A stretch of 27,602 nucleotides of DNA from contig CALLDA010000223.1 of NCBI GenBank assembly GCA_937998635.1, positions 1-27,602 of the forward strand, written 5' to 3'. Within the stretch, counting starts at the first letter, position 1. Each line of letters opens with the position of its first letter. The notes under the pieces are model-generated. The model worked only from the letters and a program-made list of their open reading frames with translations. It was not told the origin of the DNA and did no database searches. This DNA is from an uncultured Pseudomonadales bacterium. GTDB taxonomy: Bacteria; Pseudomonadota; Gammaproteobacteria; Pseudomonadales; Porticoccaceae. Positions 19,711 through 27,602 of the stretch are shown in pieces. The position numbers were made by a program, and so were the translations under genes.

Positions 19711-19744
19711 TATTTATTCCTCTACAGTAAAAGTCAGTTAGCTA

Positions 19745-20158
<414 letters not shown>

Positions 20159-20174
20159 TTATTTAAAGCAAAAA

Positions 20175-20191
20175 TGCACAACTTTAGTGCG
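20175..20191. promoter_or_regulatory. NtrC-type binding site
   Basis: TGCAC-AACTTTA-GTGCG, against the consensus TGCAC-N7-GTGCA, about 40 bp upstream of the sigma54 element. Confidence 0.65.
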
Positions 20192-20434
20192 CAAGGTAAA
20201 TACTGCCTTTAAATAGCGACCCAAATCAGGGCATTGAACGTAATTACTGACGCCTATCAAGAAGTAAGCCGCTCGACCAGGCGGCTCAAAGTCATCGGCA
20301 TCGCCTACTTCCCCAAGTCGGGAATCTCTGTGGGCAAAGGATTGGCTGGGCTATTTGTTAATACCGCTGTCACAGATAAGATCGGATGGGGTAGTATTTA
20401 CCACCAATGAGCACTGCACATCAGGGAAGACTGC

Positions 20435-21931
20435 ATGACTCTCGCCATCATCCATACCCGCGCGCAATCTGGTATCGACTCGCCAGCTGTATCGGTAGAA
20501 GTTCACTTATCCAATGGCCTGCCCAGCCTGAGCATGGTCGGCCTCCCAGAAACTGCAGTGAAAGAGAGCAGAGACCGCGTGCGAAGCGCTTTGCTCAATT
20601 CCCATTTCGACTTTCCTGCGCGTCGTATCACCATTAATCTCGCCCCCGCCGACTTACCCAAAGAAGGCGGGCGCTTTGATCTACCCATAGCCCTGGGCAT
20701 CCTTGCCGCTTCGGGGCAACTACCTCAAGAGTCACTGTCCGAGTACGAATTTATCGGTGAATTGGCACTGTCTGGGGAAACCCGACCTGTGGATGGTATT
20801 CTGCCCACTTCCCTCGCCTGTGGGCTACAGGGACGTAAGCTCATCGTACCTGCTGCAAACGCCCGGGAAGGTGCGCTGGCTCGTGATACCGCGGTCTTCG
20901 GCGCAGGGCATTTACTAGAAATATGCGCACACTTACAGGGCACTGAACTGCTGGCTAAGCAAGGGTTCGAGGCTCCAGACAAGATCTTTGAAGGCCCGAA
21001 TATAAGCGATATTATTGGTCAGCATCAGGCGAAAAGAGCTCTGGAGATCGCCGCAGCCGGCGCTCATAACCTGTTGTTTAGCGGGCCGCCAGGCACCGGC
21101 AAAACCATGCTCGCCAGCCGCCTACCCAGTTTGTTACCCGCCCTTGATGAAAAAACAGCCCTCGAGGTGGCCACCATCTATTCTGTGGCGGGTAACGGCC
21201 TGCGCCAGAATTTTTTTGAGCGACCCTTTCGAGCGCCACACCATACCGCTTCCGCGGTGGCATTGGTTGGGGGCGGCAGCAACCCCAAACCCGGCGAAAT
21301 ATCCCTGGCCCACCATGGTGTGCTGTTTCTCGATGAATTGCCCGAATTCCCGCGCAGGGTTCTGGAGGTCTTGCGAGAACCCCTGGAATCGGGAAAGATC
21401 ATGATTTCCCGTGCGCAAACCAGTGCCGAATATCCGGCAAGATTCATGCTCGTCGCAGCCATGAATCCCTGCCCCTGTGGCTATCTCGGGAGCGCACGAT
21501 GCCGCTGTACGCCGGATAGGGTAAACCGCTATCGGGACAAAATTTCAGGTCCGCTGCTTGATCGCATTGACCTCCAGGTGTCAGTGCTCCAGATACCTCG
21601 GGAACAGTTAACCCGACCTCAATCCAGTAACCCAGATGAACCTGGCGACAACAGCGCTGCCCTTGCCACACGAATAGCGTCAGCGAGACGTATTCAAATA
21701 CAGCGTCAAGGCTGTGAAAACAGTCGCCTCAGCGCTGTTCAGGTAAAACAAATCTGTACTTTGACCGATGGCCAGGTAAGTTTAATGAGTACCGCGATTG
21801 AACGCCTCGACCTTTCGGCGCGAGCCTATCATCGGGTTCTGAAGGTGGCGAGAAGCATTGCCGATCTCGACAGCAGCGCAGCGATAGCAGATCATCATTT
21901 GACTGAGGCCCTGGGTTACCGACTGCCATAA
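20435..21931 (+). CDS. comM: ComM/YifB Mg-chelatase-like AAA+ ATPase (branch migration in natural transformation)
   Basis: VEVHLSNGLP, VKESRDRV, ITINLAPADLPKEGGRFDLPIA, Walker A GPPGTGKT, LFLDELPEF, MNPCPCG and SARAYHRVLKVARSIADL. Confidence 0.95.
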   Translation: MTLAIIHTRAQSGIDSPAVSVEVHLSNGLPSLSMVGLPETAVKESRDRVRSALLNSHFDFPARRITINLAPADLPKEGGRFDLPIALGILAASGQLPQESLSEYEFIGELALSGETRPVDGILPTSLACGLQGRKLIVPAANAREGALARDTAVFGAGHLLEICAHLQGTELLAKQGFEAPDKIFEGPNISDIIGQHQAKRALEIAAAGAHNLLFSGPPGTGKTMLASRLPSLLPALDEKTALEVATIYSVAGNGLRQNFFERPFRAPHHTASAVALVGGGSNPKPGEISLAHHGVLFLDELPEFPRRVLEVLREPLESGKIMISRAQTSAEYPARFMLVAAMNPCPCGYLGSARCRCTPDRVNRYRDKISGPLLDRIDLQVSVLQIPREQLTRPQSSNPDEPGDNSAALATRIASARRIQIQRQGCENSRLSAVQVKQICTLTDGQVSLMSTAIERLDLSARAYHRVLKVARSIADLDSSAAIADHHLTEALGYRLP

Positions 21932-21955
21932 GCGCTAACCCTGTTACCCAGAAAC

Positions 21956-21983
21956 AACTAAGGGCGCAAGCGCGCCCTTAGTT
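21956..21983. terminator. Bidirectional intrinsic terminator between comM and hppA
   Basis: 12-bp perfect stem AACTAAGGGCGC-AAGC-GCGCCCTTAGTT with T-rich flanks on both strands, between convergent genes. Confidence 0.85.
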
Positions 21984-22001
21984 TTGTTAAGCTAGTTAAA
22001 A

Positions 22002-23993
22002 CTACAGTAGCGGCGCAATCACCAAACTAACAATAGCCATAACATTGATCAGAATATTCATTGACGGCCCAGAAGTATCCTTGAAGGGGTCACCGACGGT
22101 GTCGCCAACCACCACAGCAGTGTGAACATCTGAGCCTTTGCCGCCCAGGTTGCCTTTCTCAACATACTTTTTGGCGTTATCCCAGGCACCACCGGCATTG
22201 GCCATCATCAGCGCTAGCAGCACGCAACCCAGCAGGCCGCCACCGAGCATGCCACCCAAAGATTCTGCGCCCAAAGTAAAACCAACCACGACTGGCGCAA
22301 CAACGGCAATAGCACCCGGCAACAACATACGTCGTAAGGCTGCTGTAGTCGCTATATCGACACACCTCGCAGTATCTGGTTCAGCAGTACCCTCCAACAA
22401 ACCAGGGATTTCCTTAAACTGCCGACGAATCTCGCGGATCATATCGAAGGCCGCATCGCCCACCGCTGTCATGGTAATAGACGCGATCAAGAAAGGAATC
22501 GCGCCACCGATAAACAAACCCACCAGCACCATGGGATCAGAAAGCTCAAGGCTAAAGTCAGGTTTATTAACGGAAACAGTTTCTACAAAGGCAGCGATAA
22601 TCGCCAATGCCGCCAACGCCGCCGCTCCAATAGCAAAACCCTTGCCGATGGCTGCCGTAGTATTACCCAGTTCATCAAGAGAATCGGTAATTTCACGAGT
22701 CTCTTTGCCCATACCACCCATTTCGGCAATGCCCCCGGCGTTATCCGCAACCGGGCCATAAGCGTCGATGGCCATGGTAATACCCACCGTGGACAACATT
22801 CCCACAGCCGCGATGCCTACTCCGTAAAGACCCGCTTGCTGGGTTGAAAAGAAAATAATCGCACTGATAAATAGCACCGGCAATACCACTGATTGCATAC
22901 CGACTGCCAGGCCGGTAATCATGACCGTCGCAGGCCCGGTTTCCCCAGAGTTCGCAATTTTTTTGACCGGTCCTCCACCTGTGTAATATTCGGTGATCAA
23001 ACCAATAAGAATTCCGCCAACCGCACCACTGAGTACTGCAAACCAGACGCCGCCCTCGATGCCCATTCCGTCAATAAGGAAGTAAGCTGCGATAACAAAT
23101 AATACTGGCGCACCGATCGTTCCTGAGCGCAAGGCCTGACCGGGCTCCGACCCAGAACGCGCTCGCACGATAATGATGCCGATAACCGAAGCGATCAAAC
23201 CAATAGAGGACAGAGCCAGAGGCAGGAACATCATTGCCGCTTGCGTCTCACTCGCTGTGAATGTCGCAGCAATCGCAATGGATGCAATCATCGCACCACA
23301 GTAGGATTCAAATATGTCTGAACCCATACCGGCAACGTCACCGACGTTATCGCCAACGTTATCCGCGATAACGCCTGGGTTACGGGGATCATCTTCAGGG
23401 ATTCCCGCTTCGATTTTACCTACCAGGTCGGCACCGACGTCGGCGCTCTTGGTAAAAATACCCCCGCCAACCCGCGAAAACAACGCGACCACCGAGCCAC
23501 CCATACCAAAACCGTGGATGGCGTGGGCGGTATGAGCATCACCGCCGAAATAAAGATACAAACTCCCCAATCCAATTAATCCCAGGGAGGCAACACAAAG
23601 GCCCATCACCGAACCCCCATAAAAGGCGACCGACAGAGCCGTTGCCGCACCTTCGGTATTGGCCGCCGTGGCAGTGCGTACATTGGCCTTAGTGGCGGCA
23701 ATCATACCCAGCCAGCCAGCGGTTGCGGAGCACAGGGCACCGACTAGAAAAGCTAAAGCGGTATTTGTACCGAGAGGTGACATATATATCGCGACAAGTA
23801 CCGCAGCGGCAAACATGGCCAGCATGGTGTACTCGCGGCGCATAAAAACCATCGCACCGAGGTGAATCTGGTCACCAATTTTTGTAATCGCCTCTTCCCC
23901 AGCAGGGTAACGCATAACAAGCATGTAAATAAAAAGCGCACACAGCAAACCAGCGCCGCCTAGAATAGGCGGTATTAGTGTGTAATCGATCAT
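22002..23993 (-). CDS. hppA: Membrane-bound ion-translocating pyrophosphatase (K+-dependent, predicted Na+-pumping)
   Basis: [85 protein letters not shown] and [14 protein letters not shown], with many TM segments. Confidence 0.95.
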   Translation of the reverse strand: MIDYTLIPPILGGAGLLCALFIYMLVMRYPAGEEAITKIGDQIHLGAMVFMRREYTMLAMFAAAVLVAIYMSPLGTNTALAFLVGALCSATAGWLGMIAATKANVRTATAANTEGAATALSVAFYGGSVMGLCVASLGLIGLGSLYLYFGGDAHTAHAIHGFGMGGSVVALFSRVGGGIFTKSADVGADLVGKIEAGIPEDDPRNPGVIADNVGDNVGDVAGMGSDIFESYCGAMIASIAIAATFTASETQAAMMFLPLALSSIGLIASVIGIIIVRARSGSEPGQALRSGTIGAPVLFVIAAYFLIDGMGIEGGVWFAVLSGAVGGILIGLITEYYTGGGPVKKIANSGETGPATVMITGLAVGMQSVVLPVLFISAIIFFSTQQAGLYGVGIAAVGMLSTVGITMAIDAYGPVADNAGGIAEMGGMGKETREITDSLDELGNTTAAIGKGFAIGAAALAALAIIAAFVETVSVNKPDFSLELSDPMVLVGLFIGGAIPFLIASITMTAVGDAAFDMIREIRRQFKEIPGLLEGTAEPDTARCVDIATTAALRRMLLPGAIAVVAPVVVGFTLGAESLGGMLGGGLLGCVLLALMMANAGGAWDNAKKYVEKGNLGGKGSDVHTAVVVGDTVGDPFKDTSGPSMNILINVMAIVSLVIAPLL

Positions 23994-24139
23994 GAAACCC
24001 CCAGAATGTATTATGTTGGAAAATATTTTTAGTTATAGGCCTACCAACTTTGCCAGGACGAAAAAGTAATTCGTTACTCGACAATACTACTGACCAGGAA
24101 ACATCATAGCTATTAACAGGGGATTATCAAAGGACTACT

Positions 24140-24274
24140 ATGACCACGACCCACCCCCGCCTCTTCACACCCCTCGTTGATACTGTTTCAAATTTGAAAT
24201 ATCCCTATGGTCAACTGACCTGTTTACGCACGCACAGGCCGCCACGAACGACCTATAGCCGCAACCCTCAATAA
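24140..24274 (+). other. Unannotated 44-codon ORF; possible remnant of a flavin oxidoreductase gene or a small protein
   Basis: AGGA (24131-24134) lies 5 nt before the ATG. Product MTTTHPRLFTPLVDTVSNLKYPYGQLTCLRTHRPPRTTYSRNPQ. Confidence 0.25.
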
Positions 24275-24287
24275 TACCCAGCAGTGC

Positions 24288-24497
24288 TTAACGATCCAGA
24301 CGGAACCCTACTTTCAACGTCACTTGCCAATGCTTAACCTTTCCATCATCGATAAAGCCCCGGCTTTCTATCACTTCATACCAGTGCAAATGGTCGAGGG
24401 TTTTAGAAGCCTCAGCTATGGCTGAGCTGATCGCATCGTCAGAACCCTTTGTAGAACTTCCGGTTATTTCAATATGTTTGTATGTATGATTTGGCAT
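24288..24497 (-). CDS. Dodecin (flavin-binding/storage protein)
   Basis: 69 aa: HTYKHIEITGSS...DDAISSAIAEASKTL..L.WYEVIESRG.I.DGKV.HWQVTLKVGFRL, the dodecin family pattern. AGGAG RBS upstream. Confidence 0.93.
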   Translation of the reverse strand: MPNHTYKHIEITGSSTKGSDDAISSAIAEASKTLDHLHWYEVIESRGFIDDGKVKHWQVTLKVGFRLDR

Positions 24498-24718
24498 GTT
24501 GACACTCCTATGAAAATTAGATTACGACCTTAACACCATGCGTGGTTCACCACTCTAATTCGTAGTGTTTTTATCCAGGTGCTCGCCCCAAGTATAGCCA
24601 ATATATGATGACGACTCTGACTAGCAGTATAGAAAGTTACTACCAAAAATATACTTCATATATCTTCTACACCGCATCTCGCACGCTGAAATGCATCGAC
24701 CCAATCTGATATCCGTGC

Positions 24719-27241
24719 CTACAGCGCCTCCACAACCGCGTCCTGTAACTCCAAGTATTTAGCAGTGAATGCCTCCGCAGGGATCGGCCGAGAATAAAAG
24801 TAGCCCTGGTTAATGTAACAACCAATATTTTGCAGAAACTTTGCCTGCTCCCCAGTTTCGATACCTTCGGCCACAACACTGAGTTCCAAATTTTTAGCGA
24901 TTGCCAAAATACTAGCAACAATCGCCGCATCACTCGGGTCATCAATAATATCCTGGATATAGATTCGATCTATTTTAAGCTCATCTAAAGGCAGGTTTTT
25001 CAAGTAATACAGAGATGAGTAGCCGGTACCAAAATCATCTATTGATATACGCACGCCAAACTTTTGTAGCTCATCAAGCTTAATTTTAGTATCTTCAAGG
25101 CTATCGATAAGTGTCCCTTCAGTAATTTCCAGGGTTACCAGCTCGGGATCAAGCCCTTGCTCGCCAATAATACTCTTGACCTCACCGACGAAATTCTGAT
25201 GACGAAACTGTACCGGACTAACATTCACTGCTATCCCAATCCTGTTCTTTTCATCTCGACCCTGATTCCATAGAGCACACTGCACACAGGCACGCCCCAA
25301 CACCCACCTGCCAATGCTTAAAATGAGTCCGGTTTCCTCGGCAACGGGAATAAAGGTATCAGGCATAACCAAACCGTTTTCAGGATGATTCCAACGCAGT
25401 AAAGCTTCGGCCCCAACAACCTGCCCACCATAGGCAACATCCACTTGCGGTTGATAATACAATTCCAACTCACCACGATCAGCTGCATTTCGTAAGCCTG
25501 CCTCCAGACTAAGACGGGAATCAGCCTCAGTTTGGAGAGAAGCATGATAGAAAGCGACCGTATCACGACCACTCTTTTTAGCGAGATACATGGCGGCATC
25601 GGCTTGTTGGAGAAGAATATTAGCCTTGGTACTATCGTGTGGAAAGATCGCCACACCGATACTGCCAGACATATGGTAGTGATTGTCGTTGAATATATAA
25701 TCCTTTGCGATGCTTCTGCCCACCTTACCGGCGACATTGCGGACCCGACTCGCAACTAAGCCAGGATCACCCGGGATAGAGGGCAGTAGTACCACAAACT
25801 CGTCGCCGCCCATACGAGCAACTGTATCCTCCTTGCGCAAACAGGCCTGTAACCTCTGACCCACCTCCATTAACAGCTCATCACCCACTTGATGCCCGAG
25901 GCTATCATTCAATAATTTAAAATGATCCAGGTCGATAAACAACAGGGCACCACTGGAACCACGTCTCTCTGCCTGAGAACAGCATTGCTGCAACCTGTCT
26001 AGTAGCAAACGTCGGTTAGCCAGGCCCGTCAATGGGTCATAGTAGGCCAGTGTTTCAATTTCTTGTTGGGAATTTTTTTGCTCAGTGATATCAGCTATGG
26101 TGCCGCGAATAGTTACAGCTTCGTGCCGTTCATTATAGTCAGCCTTACCTTGAATGCTAAACCAACGATTAACTACATTACCCCCAAGCCTGCTAATTTC
26201 ATATTTAAAAACCTCGCCAGACCTAAGCCCATCGACTACTACACGTTCCAACTCAATCAACTCATCGGCATTCATGTTAGCTTTAAAGTCATCCATTGAT
26301 TTGCCCAAGGTGCCCCGCTCAAGTCCCAGCGAGTCCTCCGCGCCGTCGGACCAGCTAACTGCCCCAGTACCGAGATCATAAAGTCCAGATACAACACCTG
26401 AAGCCATACCGGCCAATCGAATCATCTCTTCTTTATTACAAAGTTCGTCCAGCAATAATTGACGTTCTCTTTCGATCAACTTTCTTGCCGTTACGTCCCG
26501 TGCCGTTGCAACCAGTATGGATTCTTCACCAAACGTTGCTCGACTCAAACTGGCTTCAATCTCTATCAGCTGACCACCTGGTTGTTGCAATCGCCAATCC
26601 ATATGGCCTGGTCGCCCGGCCACTACCGATTTAAAAACCTGTGCAGCCTTTGATTCGGAATTGGAACCGTCCTCTTGAATCGGAACTGATAGCTCTGCGA
26701 TGTTCCGCCCGATAATTGACGCCTTATCCATCGATAGCATACGCGCAAACTGTTCATTGCAATCAACGATCTCAGTTTTACAAAGCATAAGGACACCATC
26801 GTACATAGACTCCATAAGGCTGGCATAGGTCTGCTGAGATTCACGAAGCGCCTGTTCGGTTTCTAGTAACTGATTAATATTCTGGAAGTTCACCAGATAA
26901 TTCCTGGGCCGGCCCAGCTCATCCCTAACAACGGTAATTGTTTCTATAAAATTTATTATCTCCCCGGCTTTACTAGTCCGAACTGTCTTTCCCGAATAAA
27001 AGCAACGATCCCCAGGATCCGATAAGAACGCCAAAATTCCGTCTTCGACAACGCTCGTAAAATCATTACCCTGTATTGAGTACAAAGCTGCCATAGACAT
27101 GCCGCACAGAGCTTCGGCAGAAAACCCACTTAAGTCGACACAAGCCTGATTCGCACCGATTAATATTTGGTCCCGGTCCGCAATCAGTACCGGAGAGCTT
27201 GCCTCAAATGCTAGAGACATCATTTTTAGCTTATTAGTCAT
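24719..27241 (-). CDS. Cytoplasmic 3xPAS-GGDEF-EAL c-di-GMP synthase/phosphodiesterase
   Basis: Three PAS/PAC-like repeats ending NFQNI, ARDVT and IADIT, with no TM segment. YDPLTGLANR, FIDLDHFK, RKED-x5-GGDEF, EALLRW, AVNVS, LEITE, IDDFGTGYSSL, LKID, AEGIET and QGYFYSRP. Confidence 0.93.
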   Translation of the reverse strand: MTNKLKMMSLAFEASSPVLIADRDQILIGANQACVDLSGFSAEALCGMSMAALYSIQGNDFTSVVEDGILAFLSDPGDRCFYSGKTVRTSKAGEIINFIETITVVRDELGRPRNYLVNFQNINQLLETEQALRESQQTYASLMESMYDGVLMLCKTEIVDCNEQFARMLSMDKASIIGRNIAELSVPIQEDGSNSESKAAQVFKSVVAGRPGHMDWRLQQPGGQLIEIEASLSRATFGEESILVATARDVTARKLIERERQLLLDELCNKEEMIRLAGMASGVVSGLYDLGTGAVSWSDGAEDSLGLERGTLGKSMDDFKANMNADELIELERVVVDGLRSGEVFKYEISRLGGNVVNRWFSIQGKADYNERHEAVTIRGTIADITEQKNSQQEIETLAYYDPLTGLANRRLLLDRLQQCCSQAERRGSSGALLFIDLDHFKLLNDSLGHQVGDELLMEVGQRLQACLRKEDTVARMGGDEFVVLLPSIPGDPGLVASRVRNVAGKVGRSIAKDYIFNDNHYHMSGSIGVAIFPHDSTKANILLQQADAAMYLAKKSGRDTVAFYHASLQTEADSRLSLEAGLRNAADRGELELYYQPQVDVAYGGQVVGAEALLRWNHPENGLVMPDTFIPVAEETGLILSIGRWVLGRACVQCALWNQGRDEKNRIGIAVNVSPVQFRHQNFVGEVKSIIGEQGLDPELVTLEITEGTLIDSLEDTKIKLDELQKFGVRISIDDFGTGYSSLYYLKNLPLDELKIDRIYIQDIIDDPSDAAIVASILAIAKNLELSVVAEGIETGEQAKFLQNIGCYINQGYFYSRPIPAEAFTAKYLELQDAVVEAL

Positions 27242-27335
27242 ATGTGATTCTCTCTGCTGGCGCGAAGCTTCCCTGAATGGAGCAACGCGAGCCTTTTTAT
27301 AATTACCTGAACCTAACTATCTGTTCTTTCTTAAA

Positions 27336-27602
27336 CTAACGATTCGACTTTACGGCAAATTTTTCTCTGTTTTTTTCTGCCATTGCCAAACTTTTGCGCA
27401 GTAAAACATAGGTTGACCCGGAGCCGCCATGCTGGACAGCGCTGCTATGAAAAGCCAGTACTTCATCCACCTGTTGAAGCCAATGATTGACACAGCTTTT
27501 AAGCAACGCGGGTGGATCGCGGTGCAAACCTTTGCCGTGGGTGATCATGGCGCAGCGAATATTTTGCTCAGTACATTCTCGCAAAAACTCGAATACCTCC
27601 TG
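27336..27602 (-). CDS. Smr/MutS2 C-terminal domain endonuclease (SmrA-like), 3' fragment
   Basis: The frame is open to the window edge: QEVFEFLRECTEQNIRCAMITHGKG...LLKSCVNHWLQQVDEVLAFHSS..QHGGSGSTYVLLRKS (HGKG and GGxG Smr motifs). Confidence 0.88.
   Translation of the reverse strand, partial: QEVFEFLRECTEQNIRCAMITHGKGLHRDPPALLKSCVNHWLQQVDEVLAFHSSAVQHGGSGSTYVLLRKSLAMAEKNREKFAVKSNR

Noticed and set aside
22138-22761. 207-aa plus-strand ORF opposite hppA
   Set aside because: Antisense shadow; the Pro/Ala/Ser/Thr-rich composition is what the complement of membrane-protein codons gives.
24605-24709. 34-codon plus-strand ORF (MMTTLTSSIESYYQKY...)
   Set aside because: No SD and no recognisable motif; this length is expected by chance.

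Overview
This is a housekeeping-dense chromosomal region of a Gammaproteobacterium. Gene order resembles a compacted Pseudomonas arrangement; the Na+-type membrane pyrophosphatase suggests a marine lineage such as Cellvibrionales or Oceanospirillales, which is inference only. Left to right: 3' end of PBP1A (mrcA), cysQ, nudE, yrfG-hslR-hslO, pckA, the fimS(algZ)-algR-hemC-hemD-hemX-hemY cluster, argH, lptM-lysA-dapF-DUF484-xerC, a glnK-amtB-glnK cassette with a sigma54 promoter and NtrC-type site, comM, a K+-dependent and probably Na+-pumping membrane pyrophosphatase (hppA), dodecin, a cytoplasmic 3xPAS-GGDEF-EAL protein, and the 3' part of an Smr-domain gene. I see no rRNA, tRNA, CRISPR array, IS element or prophage, and I cannot support a claim of a new multi-gene system. 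The best leads are: two diverged GlnK-type PII genes flanking amtB, with a terminator between amtB and the second; the predicted Na+-PPase; an unannotated 44-codon ORF with a good RBS whose start resembles an Old Yellow Enzyme/FadH N-terminus, next to dodecin; a decayed ~19-bp tandem array between nudE and cysQ; and structured leaders upstream of hemC and pckA. All counts and alignments were done by eye.
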